64,000 nucleotides of DNA from an uncultured Gemmatimonadaceae bacterium (GTDB lineage: Bacteria; Gemmatimonadota; Gemmatimonadetes; Gemmatimonadales; Gemmatimonadaceae), in the NCBI GenBank assembly GCA_963740355.1, contig CAVUDW010000003.1:1344001-1408000 (forward strand), written 5' to 3'. Below, in pieces: positions 8,536-18,857 of this stretch. The notes beneath the pieces were generated by a model. The model was not told the origin of the DNA. It searched no databases and saw nothing but the letters and a program-made list of their open reading frames with translations. The translations under genes and the position numbers were made by a program. The first letter of the stretch is position 1; each line of letters begins with the position of its first letter.

Positions 8536-11478
8536 CTAGAACTCGATCACGGCGCCAAGCTGCAGGCGACGCGCATCGGATGCCACACAGCTCGCCTTGC
8601 CGAGGTTCGCGTTCACTTCAGGCGTCGGTGGGATGAAACCTTCCCAACAGGCGAGGTTCGCGAAGTTGAAGGCGTTGAACAGGTCGGCCGTGACAGCGAA
8701 CCGGCTCAGCGTGCCGCGACCAGCGAGATCCTTGCGGAGGCGCATGTCCACGTTGCGATAGCCCCAGATGTTCCCCGGAACCACGAAGCTCTTCTTCGGC
8801 GGACGACCGCTGTTGAGCAGAATCTTGCCCTGCCCTGGGCCGAAGCCGGCGCTGAAGTCGTAGATGTTGTACGGGTCGCCAGAGTGCAAACGAAGCACGC
8901 CGGAGTACTGGATGCCCCAGAGGTACGGGATGTCGAGGATCCAGTTCGCCACCAGCAGGTTCGGCACGTCGATGCTGGTCGGGAACTTCGGATACGAATT
9001 CGCATCCTTGTAGTCGAGCGAGAACAGGTCGCCGCCGCGCTGGCGTCCCTGTGCATGCGTGTAGGCGACACCTACACCCCAGTTGAACTTGTCGCGACCG
9101 GCAAAGAAGTACGGCCGGTCGATCTGCAGCATCAGCGCCTGGTACCAGCTGCGCGGATTGTTGTCCGACAGCAGGACATTGCTGTAGTTGGCCGAGTTGT
9201 CGGAGCAGCAGGTGCCGTTCGCGTTGCGATTGCCGAAGATGTACGTGAAGCCGTTCTTGCTTGCGACGTTGGTGTAGGTCGCGGCCACACGCCAATCGCC
9301 AAGCACCTGCCGGATGCCGCCGCTGAACTGCGTGGACACGGGTGGCTTGGTGTCGTTGCGGATCAGGAACACTTCCGGCTGTGGTGCCAGCCCCGAAGCG
9401 ATCAGGCCATCGAGGCCTGCGATGCTCTGGTAGCTCGGGTCCCACTTGATCGTCGGGCGACCATCGCGCGGTGCGCCGTCAGCCGAGAACTGGAAGTTCC
9501 GCTGGGCGTACTGGAGGCGGAACCGCTCGTCGAGACCGTTGTTGAAGTTACTGCGGTCGTAGAACAGGCCGGCGCTACCGAAGACCGTCGTGTGCTGCGC
9601 TTCATCGAGTGCGTACGAGAAGCCGACGCGCGGCTGGAACGCGCCGAGGAAGTTCTTGCGCTTCGTGCCGTCGGTGAAGTAGACGCTCGGATCGAACCCG
9701 CGATTGCGGAGCACGCTGTCGAGATCAGCACGAACCTGTGCCGGCGTGACGTAGTTCTTGTCGAGCTGATTGGACTCGTAGTCCCAGCGAATGCCAAGGT
9801 TGAACGACAGCTTCTTGGTCGGGCTCCAGTCATCCTGGATGTAGGCGCCGACCTGATTGTTGCTGGCGGCGATATCCGGGCTGCCGGTGCCGTACTGCGC
9901 CGAGCGCGGGAAGGCGTAATTCTCGGCCGACGTGAACGTGAAGATCGGCGGGCGCGAGAACGGCTTGTTGGCGGAATAGTCGACGCGGTCGAAGTTTCCG
10001 CCCATCTTCAGCGTGTGCTCGCCACCGGCGCGCCAGCCCGTGTAGGTGTAGTCATGACGCACCGAGGCGCGTGACTGGATCCAGCTTTGGCCACCATTCT
10101 GGCCACCAAGGCGACCCACACCTTCGTAATTGAGACCGAGCTGATTGCGATTGTTCGGCGTCGGGTCCCAGTTCCAGCGCGACAGGTTGACCAGCGACTC
10201 GTGCAACTGCGAGCCCTCGGCCCAGCTGCGCTTGAGCACGAAGCCTTGCACCTTGTTGCGCACGTTCTCAGCCGACTCGATGCTGGTGGTGCCGCCGAAG
10301 CTGCGCACGTCCGTCTCGTAGCGACCGTTGTAGCTCAACTCGTAGTTCGTCTGCTCGTTGGCCACGAAGTTCAGCTTGGCCAGTACCAGGCTCTCGCGGA
10401 ACGGTGAGGTGTAGGAGCCGACATTGCTGTTGAAGCGCGAGGCGATATCTGCCGGCAGCGTGGCGGGCAGAGTGTTGAAGCCGACGTTGTTGGCGCGGTT
10501 CTGGTTGTTGCCTTCGTACGAGCCGAAGAAGAACAGCTTGTTCTTGATGATCGGGCCGCCAAGCGTGGCGCCGCCGAGGTATCGACGGTAATCCTGCAGC
10601 TTGAAGGTGGTCGGATTGGCTTGGCGATTGACACGCTGGAAGGTGTCGAGTGCCACGAAGCCATCGTTGACGTAGCTGCCGAACAGGCTGCCGTGCCACT
10701 GGTTCGAGCCGGACTTGGTGGTCGCCACGATGATGGCGCTGGACGCCTTCTGGTACTCGGCCTTGAAGTTCTGCGTGATGACGCGGAATTCCTGCACCGC
10801 GTTCTGCGGGAACGGGTTGCCGCGGCTGGCGTCCTGCCCTGCGATGCCTGAGCCAGTGATGTCATTCTTCTGGCTGGCACCATCGATGAAGACGTTGATC
10901 GAGCCGGCATCGAGCGCACCGGCGCGGAAGTTCTTGGTGGTGCCTTCTGCGCCTTCACCGGAGATGCGCACACCCGGGGCCAAACCGGCAAGCCCAAGGA
11001 AGTTGCGGTCGGTGGTCGGAAGGGCGTTGATCTGCGCCTGCGACACGTTGGTCGCCACTTCCGACGTGCGTGTCTCGATGCCGGCGCGGGATGCCGCCAC
11101 CGTGACAGTGCTCAGCTGAGCCGCAGCGTTGGTGAGTTGCAGGTCGAGCTGAATGACCTGTCCGATGCCGACCGTCTGCCGACGCGTCTGCGGCTGCAGG
11201 CCGACTCGACGCACGGCGACGGTGTACTCACCGGGCACGAGTCCAGTGAGGATATAGAAGCCGCGATCATTGGCCGCGTTGGTGCGGGCGGCGCCATTTG
11301 CGACGTTGGTGGCAGTGACGGTGGCACCCGTCGCTGGCTGCCCGTCGGACGTCGTGACGTAGCCTCGAATCGAGCCAGTGGTGGTTTGCGCGTCGACACG
11401 CGACGTGAGTGCTGCGAATGCGGCGACGCCAAGTATCAGCGACCGCCTCATCCGGTTTCCGAACATTTCTGGACTCAT
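8536..11478 (-). CDS. TonB-dependent receptor (Oar-like, N-terminal carboxypeptidase-regulatory-like domain)
   Basis: Signal peptide, GSIRGYV, AVQEFRVIT..FKAEY, YIQDDW, QPRVGFSY, terminal Phe; GGAG ribosome-binding site before the ATG at 11478. Confidence 0.9.
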   Translation of the reverse strand: MSPEMFGNRMRRSLILGVAAFAALTSRVDAQTTTGSIRGYVTTSDGQPATGATVTATNVANGAARTNAANDRGFYILTGLVPGEYTVAVRRVGLQPQTRRQTVGIGQVIQLDLQLTNAAAQLSTVTVAASRAGIETRTSEVATNVSQAQINALPTTDRNFLGLAGLAPGVRISGEGAEGTTKNFRAGALDAGSINVFIDGASQKNDITGSGIAGQDASRGNPFPQNAVQEFRVITQNFKAEYQKASSAIIVATTKSGSNQWHGSLFGSYVNDGFVALDTFQRVNRQANPTTFKLQDYRRYLGGATLGGPIIKNKLFFFGSYEGNNQNRANNVGFNTLPATLPADIASRFNSNVGSYTSPFRESLVLAKLNFVANEQTNYELSYNGRYETDVRSFGGTTSIESAENVRNKVQGFVLKRSWAEGSQLHESLVNLSRWNWDPTPNNRNQLGLNYEGVGRLGGQNGGQSWIQSRASVRHDYTYTGWRAGGEHTLKMGGNFDRVDYSANKPFSRPPIFTFTSAENYAFPRSAQYGTGSPDIAASNNQVGAYIQDDWSPTKKLSFNLGIRWDYESNQLDKNYVTPAQVRADLDSVLRNRGFDPSVYFTDGTKRKNFLGAFQPRVGFSYALDEAQHTTVFGSAGLFYDRSNFNNGLDERFRLQYAQRNFQFSADGAPRDGRPTIKWDPSYQSIAGLDGLIASGLAPQPEVFLIRNDTKPPVSTQFSGGIRQVLGDWRVAATYTNVASKNGFTYIFGNRNANGTCCSDNSANYSNVLLSDNNPRSWYQALMLQIDRPYFFAGRDKFNWGVGVAYTHAQGRQRGGDLFSLDYKDANSYPKFPTSIDVPNLLVANWILDIPYLWGIQYSGVLRLHSGDPYNIYDFSAGFGPGQGKILLNSGRPPKKSFVVPGNIWGYRNVDMRLRKDLAGRGTLSRFAVTADLFNAFNFANLACWEGFIPPTPEVNANLGKASCVASDARRLQLGAVIEF

Positions 11479-11973
11479 GTGATCTATCTCCGAGTATTTT
11501 TCCGGGGCACTTCCCTGCGCTGTGACGCTGCGAGGAAAGGCATGAATGCGTGACGCGGGGATCGCGTTTCGTGAGTCTCGCGCGCGATCGCCACCAGGAA
11601 CGAGGTGGAACGCGTCAGCGGGAAGCTTTTTGCCGGGCAATCATCCCGTCAAGTCTTTTGCTCACAGATGCGACAAATACGTCACGTAACGATGAAGTCG
11701 GCTGGAAGCGCGTCACTGATACATCACGCGTCACGTCACGCCATCGCTCGACCAACAATACATCACGGACACGAAGCACGCGGTGGCGCTGCGGTCGGGG
11801 CTGCCACGCGCTGTTGACGCACCGCGAACACAATGGGAATCTGAAGGCACCAGCGCCGTTCATATGTGGTGGATGCGTGGGGTGGATGCGTCTCCACCCG
11901 CCGTTGGTGACAATCGAACACTCCTGCAGTCGATCCCGCAGTCCATCCAGTCGAAGCGCTGGAGGAGCGTGGC

Positions 11974-13623
11974 ATGCGAGTCACGAAGACGAACGCCGCA
12001 GACACATTTCGTGTGAAGGCGTATGCTGGAGCCACCGGCGTCTTGCTTGCGATGGACCTTGCCAGGTGCCGACGGTCGGGCCTGCTCGGCTTTGCGATCG
12101 AGAAGCGGAAGAAGGGCACCTCATCGTGGAGCTGGTTGCTCAGCAGCCTGACCTTCCCCGGGCTCGATCACACGCTGCCGCAGTGGAATGCCACGCCGAG
12201 CAACCTGGCACCGATCCAGAAATTCCGCTGGGCCGACTACAGCGTCGATTCAGGTGTGACGTACAGCTACCGGGTGCATCTCGTGCGCGGGACACCGGCC
12301 GCGCCAACGCTCGAGGAGTCGCTGAGTGTCGATGTGACGACCGACACCGGTGCGGCATCGGGTCAGGAGGTGCGTTTCAATCGCGCGGTGGCCGCCAGTC
12401 AGGCGTTCGGGCGGAAGTTCCCCGATCTCGACGCGCTGCTGAGCAAGAACAAGCAACTACCGATCGAGAAGTGGCCCGAGGCGCCTCGCAATTGGTTGCA
12501 GCGCGGGCTGCTCGATCTGATCCTCAAATTCATCGCCTGTGCCAAGGACGGTCGCTGGGCCTTGGATGTCGCGATCTACGAGTACGAACTGGCGGCGATC
12601 ACCAGCGCCGTGGTCGCCGCCCATCGCCGTGGGGTGAAGGTGCGGGTGCTCTACCACGCGAAAGCGAGCGATCAGCAAACCGAGATCAACGAGGGCAACC
12701 TGGCGCGAATCCCGAAGGCGAAGAAGAAGGGTCGCGTTACGAGCAAGATCTTCCACGACAAGTTCATCGTGTTGAGCAAGGTGAAGGCGAACGGAGACCT
12801 GACGCCGGTATCGGTCCTGTGCGGGAGCACGAACTTCACCGAGAATGGGGTCTATCGTCAGGCCAACGTGGTCCATGTCGTGGACACGACGTCGGTTGCC
12901 AAGCAGTATGCCACGCTGTTCGAGGAGATCTGGGCGACGCCGGACGATGTTGGTGCTACCCGCGAGTGGATCACGACCAACAACGAGATCGATCCGGCGT
13001 CGAAGTATTTCGTTGGATTCTCGCCACGCTCAGGGAAGACCGATCTCGACGAGTTCGCCCGGATCATCGCGGCGGCTGATCGTGACGTGTTGTTCGCCAC
13101 TGCCTTTGCGCTGTACGAGCCGATCCTCGATGCCCTGCTCGGTGGCGCCAACGATGATGTGGTGCGCTTCGGCATCCAGAACACGAAGAGCAGGATCACC
13201 GGCTTTCACGCCGACCGCACGGCGGAGTTCACGGCGGTCGCCTTCCTCAACAACGGCCTCGAAGGCTGGGTGAAGGAGGGGCTGCGTCAGCAACGCGGCA
13301 ATCTCAGCATCCACCTGAAGGCCGTGGTCGCGAACTTCACCTCCGACGACCCCACGATCATCAGCGGCAGCCACAACCTGAGTGTGTCGGCCAGCAACGG
13401 CAATGACGAGAACTACCTGATCATCCGTGGCGACACGAACCTGGCGGATCGTTACGGGCTCGAGATCCTGCGGTTCTACGAGCACTACCGGTTCCGGTAT
13501 TACGCGAAGCTTTTGGCGTTGAAGAAGGTGAAGCCGTTGTCGCCAGACGATTCGTGGACGGAGCCGTACTACCAGGATGGGAATGTGAAGGCGTTGGCTC
13601 GGGTGCGGTTCGTGGGGCGGTAG
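11974..13623 (+). CDS. Phospholipase D-superfamily protein with two HxK motifs
   Basis: FHDKFIV...GSTNFT and IHLKAVV...GSHNLS...NDEN; GGAG ribosome-binding site. Confidence 0.85.
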   Translation: MRVTKTNAADTFRVKAYAGATGVLLAMDLARCRRSGLLGFAIEKRKKGTSSWSWLLSSLTFPGLDHTLPQWNATPSNLAPIQKFRWADYSVDSGVTYSYRVHLVRGTPAAPTLEESLSVDVTTDTGAASGQEVRFNRAVAASQAFGRKFPDLDALLSKNKQLPIEKWPEAPRNWLQRGLLDLILKFIACAKDGRWALDVAIYEYELAAITSAVVAAHRRGVKVRVLYHAKASDQQTEINEGNLARIPKAKKKGRVTSKIFHDKFIVLSKVKANGDLTPVSVLCGSTNFTENGVYRQANVVHVVDTTSVAKQYATLFEEIWATPDDVGATREWITTNNEIDPASKYFVGFSPRSGKTDLDEFARIIAAADRDVLFATAFALYEPILDALLGGANDDVVRFGIQNTKSRITGFHADRTAEFTAVAFLNNGLEGWVKEGLRQQRGNLSIHLKAVVANFTSDDPTIISGSHNLSVSASNGNDENYLIIRGDTNLADRYGLEILRFYEHYRFRYYAKLLALKKVKPLSPDDSWTEPYYQDGNVKALARVRFVGR

Positions 13624-13675
13624 TTCTGGCTGGTGGCTCGCGTGGGCGGCGTTCGGTGCGCACGCGAGCATTCAA

Positions 13676-13724
13676 ACTGCAATGAGGGGGAGGCCACGGA
13701 GCTCACGGAGTGCTCGAGGGGCAG
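13676..13724. repeat. Single copy of repeat family B (AACTGCAATG..GGAGGCCACGGAGCTCACGGAGT)
   Basis: Near-identical to the units at 56653-57070. Confidence 0.85.
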
Positions 13725-13770
13725 CCACTGGCTGACGCCCCATCATCGATGGAGGCGAAGGCAGGGCGAT

Positions 13771-13933
13771 ATCCGGTGACAGTGCACTCATTGACGATGG
13801 CGCAATTGCAACGAGGGCGAGGCGCATCAGTCGGCGCCTCGCCCTCGTGTTTTTAGGAAAATCGGTGACAGTGCACTCTTTGCCGCTTTTTGCAAAGAGT
13901 GCACTGTCACCGGATTTCCCCACCGGATTTCCC
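13771..13933. repeat. REP-like cluster of the GGTGACAGTGCACTC motif
   Basis: One copy at 13771-13789; perfect 21-bp inverted arms 13863-13883 / 13892-13912; tandem CACCGGATTTCCC x2 at 13908-13933. Confidence 0.85.
13811..13854 (+). terminator. Intrinsic terminator downstream of the PLD gene
   Basis: 15-bp arms ACGAGGGCGAGGCGC / GCGCCTCGCCCTCGT followed by GTTTTT. Confidence 0.7.
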
Positions 13934-14937
13934 TACTTGATGGCTGCCTCGTGCTTGTGCAGGAAGTCGCGGACCGCCGTGATGTACGCGGTGCGGTTGT
14001 CCCACATGGAGAGGTGGGCGGCGTTGGGGATCTCGACGAACTCCGAGCCGGGCGTCATCGACTGGAAGGTGCGGGCGGCACTGGGTGAGGTCTCGTCGTC
14101 GGCGCCGGCCATCCAGAGGATGGGGAGCTTGAGCTCCTTGAGGCGCGGCGTGCCGTCGTAGTCCTTGAAGCTGCCGACCACGGTGAACTCGGTCGGACCG
14201 TTCATGGTGTTGTAGACCTGCGAGCCGATGTACTTGAAGGTGCTTTCCACGTCGGCCGGCAGCGGCTTGGTGTGGATGACGTGCCGGTCGTAGAACACCT
14301 GGCTGGCCGCGACGTAGTCCGGGGCGGTAGTGGTGCCCTTCTTCTCGTTGGTGCGGATCGCCTTGATCAGCGAGTCGGGGAGCATGGCGATCATGCTGTC
14401 CACGTCGTGGCGGAACCGGACGATGCTGATGGCTGGCCCCGACATCACGACACTGTGCACGCCCTCCGGCTTGGTGAGCAGGTACTCGTGCGCGAGCAGC
14501 GTGCCCCACGAGTTGCCGAGGAGGTGGATCTCCTTGTAGCCGAGTGCGGCGCGCACCGCCTGGACCTCCTGCACGAAGCGCGGGATCGTCCAGAGCGTGG
14601 TGTCGTTCGGGTGGTCCGAGCGTCCGCAGCCGAGTTGGTCGAAGAAGATGACCGGTCGTTCGTCGGCCAGGTCGGCGATCGGCGACATGTAATAGGACGG
14701 CATCCCGGGGCCGCCGTGGAGGGTGAGGAGCGGGATGCCGGGCTTGTTGGCGCCGACGATGCGGTACCAGACCTTGCCGCCGGGGACCTGGATGAAGCCT
14801 TCGCGGGTGGAGTCGGTTTGGGCCGTGACGGAGATCGTGGAGCTGGAGGCGGCGCTGTCCGGAGCGGGCTTGGGGGCGTCATTGGCGCAGGCGAGGAGCG
14901 TGGCGGAAGAGAGGACGACGACTAGCACTGCGCGCAT
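13933..14937 (-). CDS. Proline iminopeptidase-family alpha/beta hydrolase, probable lipoprotein
   Basis: LHGGPG, FDQLGCGRS, nucleophile GNSWG, C-terminal His; lipobox LLAC. Confidence 0.85.
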   Translation of the reverse strand: MRAVLVVVLSSATLLACANDAPKPAPDSAASSSTISVTAQTDSTREGFIQVPGGKVWYRIVGANKPGIPLLTLHGGPGMPSYYMSPIADLADERPVIFFDQLGCGRSDHPNDTTLWTIPRFVQEVQAVRAALGYKEIHLLGNSWGTLLAHEYLLTKPEGVHSVVMSGPAISIVRFRHDVDSMIAMLPDSLIKAIRTNEKKGTTTAPDYVAASQVFYDRHVIHTKPLPADVESTFKYIGSQVYNTMNGPTEFTVVGSFKDYDGTPRLKELKLPILWMAGADDETSPSAARTFQSMTPGSEFVEIPNAAHLSMWDNRTAYITAVRDFLHKHEAAIK

Positions 14938-15156
14938 GCGGGCTCCGAACAGTTGAGGAAAGAAGAGAGCAAAAATATCACACGTGGAATCGTCAACCGC
15001 GTACTTGCGCACTCAGTTCCTGGCGAAAACCGGCATGCGTCCATTCCCTGCCAATCACGGACAATGGTGGCTTCTTGTTCCTGGGTTACCCTGGTGGCCA
15101 CCACAGCCAAGCGTCACATTGCCAACGGGGACCACTGGATTTGCAATGGTGACACT

Positions 15157-17085
15157 ATGACCGACGATAGCGTGCGATACGGCTGGCAATCCGACTTCAA
15201 CGAATTTGAAGAGACGCCACCGATGGTGATACGGGAGCGCCTTGCGGAATTCGTCACGGATGCCTCGCCTGAGCAGAAGCGAGCGTGGGCAAGCTCGATC
15301 CCGCCTCTGCAAGGAGAGGTCAAAAAGTCGATCGTCCGCGACACAATCGCAGGCAAGTATTCAGCGATTCTCGAATACATGCTACCGATGGAATCGCGGC
15401 GGCCAGACGTCTTGTTGCTGATCGGCGCGCGCGTGATGGTTGTGGAGTTGAAAGGAAAGCTTTGGCCGTCTCAGTCAGACCTCGACCAAGTGGCGGCATA
15501 TGCGCGCGACCTGCGCAACTATCACCGCGAGTGCGCAGGTCGAGAAGTCGTCCCGGTCTTGGTGCCAACGAGGGCCGGCGGCTATCAACAGATGCTCGAT
15601 GGCGTCCATATCACGGGACCAGACGGGCTGAACGATCTCGTCGCTCGGCTGACGACCGATTCGCCGCTACCCGCGATCGACCGCAGCGCTTTCCTATCCG
15701 AGGACGCTTACTGCCCGCTTCCAACGCTAGTGCAAGCAGCCCGTGAACTGTTTTTCGATGGGACGCTGCGGACGATTCATCAGGCCCGAATGGCAACGCA
15801 ACCTGCCATAGAAGAGATCAGCCGGATCGTGCACCAGGCAGCGTTGACCAAATCTCGTCACCTCATATTGCTCACAGGTGTACCCGGAGCAGGTAAGACA
15901 CTTGTCGGGCTGCAGACGGTGCACGCGAAGTATCTCGACGATCTCGCCGTTGAGCGCAATGGAGTCAAGTCAAACACTCCGGCGGTATTTCTGAGCGGGA
16001 ATGGCCCTCTCGTCGAGGTGCTGCAGTATGAGATGCGCGGCGCCGGCGGTGACGGCAAGACGTTCGTTCGCGGCGTCAAGGAGTATGTGAAGCGCTACTC
16101 CTCGAAGCGGTCCCTCGTCCCGCCTGAGCACGTTCTAGTCTTTGACGAGGCCCAACGCGCGTACGATGAAACGAAGATGCGGCAATCGCATGACAGCACG
16201 GACTCCAAGTCCGAGCCGCATGAGTTCATCGGCTTCGCGGACCGTATACCAGAATGGTGTGTGGTCGTCGGTCTCGTTGGCTCTGGCCAAGAGATTCATG
16301 TTGGCGAGGAAGCCGGTATCGGCCAGTGGCGTGACGCAGTCGCCGCGTCGGCTCGAGCGTCCGAATGGACAATTCATGCACCACCAAGCATAAGCGACCA
16401 ACTCGTCGGCAAGTCCGTGCTGATCGAGTCGAGGCCGACGTTGAATCTTGAGAAGGAGCTTCGCTTTCATCAGGTGAAGGAGTTGCACACATATGTGGCG
16501 GCTTTGCTCTCAGATGACCAGGCCGGCCCACTCCAGGAAATCGCGGCGCGGCTGAATAGGGAAGGCTACAACCTTCGACTCACCCGCGATTTGGATGTCG
16601 CGAAAGAGTATCTCCGGCAGCGCTACGACGGCGATCAGCAAGCACGCTTCGGGCTACTTGCGTCATCGAAGGACAAATCTCTTCCCAGATTCGGCGTGAA
16701 GAATGATTTTCAATCCACGAAGCGCGTGAAGTTCGGGCCCTGGTATGGAGAGCCAGAACATTCGGAGAGCGGCCGTAGTTGCCGATTGCTCGTCGATTGC
16801 GTGACCGAGTTCGGCGCGCAGGGGTTGGAGCTCGATGCCGCGCTGCTCGCTTGGGGTACCGACTTCCGTCGAGTGGCTGGACGCTGGTCGAACGCACTGT
16901 CTGGTAAGTACATGAAGGGATCCGTGGTGAGGGATCCGTTTCAGCTACGCCTAAACTCGTATCGCGTACTTCTGACGCGTGGGAGGGACGCAACGGTGAT
17001 CTACGTGCCGCCGATCACCGAGATGGACGAGACGTATGCCTACTTCGTTGGTGCGGGAATGCTTGAGCTTCGCATTGAGCACTAG
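15157..17085 (+). CDS. PD-(D/E)xK nuclease fused to a DUF2075 (Schlafen group 3-like) SF1 helicase
   Basis: RRPDVLLL...VVELKG; Walker A GVPGAGKT; Walker B VFDEAQR; QGLELD; YRVLLTRGR. Confidence 0.8.
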   Translation: MTDDSVRYGWQSDFNEFEETPPMVIRERLAEFVTDASPEQKRAWASSIPPLQGEVKKSIVRDTIAGKYSAILEYMLPMESRRPDVLLLIGARVMVVELKGKLWPSQSDLDQVAAYARDLRNYHRECAGREVVPVLVPTRAGGYQQMLDGVHITGPDGLNDLVARLTTDSPLPAIDRSAFLSEDAYCPLPTLVQAARELFFDGTLRTIHQARMATQPAIEEISRIVHQAALTKSRHLILLTGVPGAGKTLVGLQTVHAKYLDDLAVERNGVKSNTPAVFLSGNGPLVEVLQYEMRGAGGDGKTFVRGVKEYVKRYSSKRSLVPPEHVLVFDEAQRAYDETKMRQSHDSTDSKSEPHEFIGFADRIPEWCVVVGLVGSGQEIHVGEEAGIGQWRDAVAASARASEWTIHAPPSISDQLVGKSVLIESRPTLNLEKELRFHQVKELHTYVAALLSDDQAGPLQEIAARLNREGYNLRLTRDLDVAKEYLRQRYDGDQQARFGLLASSKDKSLPRFGVKNDFQSTKRVKFGPWYGEPEHSESGRSCRLLVDCVTEFGAQGLELDAALLAWGTDFRRVAGRWSNALSGKYMKGSVVRDPFQLRLNSYRVLLTRGRDATVIYVPPITEMDETYAYFVGAGMLELRIEH

Positions 17086-17144
17086 GCACAAGAAGGCATT
17101 TACCCTCACGATGCAGAAGCTCATATGAAACGTATTTCGTTCCT

Positions 17145-18694
17145 CTACAACGGACGGCCAACTCTTCGGTTCGGAAGTTTTTCCCTGAGGAACTCGTTGA
17201 ACGCCTCGGCAAGGAGTTCACGCCTTCTCGTCCAAAACTCCCCAGCTCTGTCTATCCGCCAGAGCCCACGATCGAGCGGTATGCACTGACTCTGCAAAAC
17301 ATCGCTAGCGATCTGGCCGAGATATATGTCAGGCGAAGCGGCACCGATCGCTCGGTTAACGTCGCTCGTGATGAATGCTATGTTTGCGACGGAGTCGCCG
17401 AACCTCGGTTCGCCTCAGCGAATTGCGCCCGAGGCAGAATATGATGACGCTCAACATTAGACTGGAGCAGTACCGACGCGGATGAGAAGAGATCTTTCAA
17501 TCCACGTTGTTTACAAGCAGCATACATTCCGACAAGCGCTCCCTTGTCATTGAGCGCGCCAGAAAAATCACTTGGAACGGCGTGGAAGGAACCTTCGTCG
17601 GATCGAATATTGGAGAGGAGCTTCCCAATTGGATCATCTGCGCGGCAAGCGCGTAAGTCCTGGTCTAGCGTAGATTCGGTCGACTTGCTGTAGCGATGCA
17701 GCAAGGAAGCCATCGCCAACCACCCAGCGATTGCCCGATTGTCGCGCTGCCGTGGTGCTAGCGTTGCACACAATGCAATTACGGGCACCAGGAGCGCGCC
17801 GCTCCAGAGGATGTCCATATTTATGAGTCCGAGTTCACTTCGAACAAGGCCAAGGGCCTCGTCTGTCGCCCTCTTCGTACGCGACCAAGAATCCACCAGA
17901 TCCTTGGGGCTAAGTTGGTGAAGTTCGAGTCGGCTACGGCCGTCTTTCTGCGCGACAAAACCACACGCGCGGAAGAGATGCATAATCGAAAGGCGTGAAT
18001 ACCCACTGCGACGCAAAGTCTGGAGGAAAGGTACAATCTCCTCTGCGATGAACCCAGAATGCCGTGCCGCGACCTTTGCGCTCTCGATATCTTCTCGTTT
18101 GAGCTTTACACCCAGCGTATTGATTCGGGTGAATGCTTCAACTGTTTCATCAAAGGAGTGGTCGACCATCCGAACAGCTGGGACTTCATAGTCAAGGATA
18201 GCGCGCAGCTTATCAAACCTTCCTTCTTTTCGCTCGCCGCGGGCGCCTTCCGGCAATGCTCGTCGAATAGAACGATAGGATGATTCTTCGAGTAATTCGC
18301 TTACTCGTACCCAAGCAGGATCTCGGCTGGTAGCAGCATTCGCGAGGCGAAACTCCTCATCATCGGCATTGAAGACGAGATCGATGCCTTCATCCCCATT
18401 CAGCGCGCGCGAGAGTGTGATTACACGTTGCTGTCCGTCGATCAGCCAAGAAACTGTTTGAGCGTGTGCTGGACGCGGTTCCTTTCTGCGCGCCCGGATC
18501 TCGCCCTCACCCGTCCAGAGCAGCAAAACGGAAACTGGGTAGCCACGGTAGATAGAATCGATAAGCTTGGGCGCCCGGCTCGGCTTCCATACGTATTCGC
18601 GCTGAAATTCTGGCACAACGAGTCGGCCAGTTCGATAGTCTTCTACAATTTGCCGAATCTTGATCTGCTGAATCTCAAGCCGCGCAGCGCACAT
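17145..18694 (-). pseudogene. GmrSD-like DUF262 + C-terminal HNH-like protein interrupted by a one-base frameshift near 17396
   Basis: FQREYVW, IDGQQR, FTRINT. The ORF stops at 17378 just after HHILP; the adjacent frame continues for 83 aa (DSVANIAFITSDVNR...RRELLAEAFNEFL...) to a TAG ending at 17145. Confidence 0.75.
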
Positions 18695-18857
18695 TTTGTC
18701 GCCTGTATCTTGTTCGTGAAGTCGCGAGTCGCTCAAGGAGCCTTTCTAGACAGTTTGCTGCGCCACCTTCACTTACTTCCTGCAATACGCGGGCAAAATC
18801 CGAAGCCTTTTAGACTCACCATTACCTCGGCAGTCTAGACTTTCGGAGAGGCATTGC

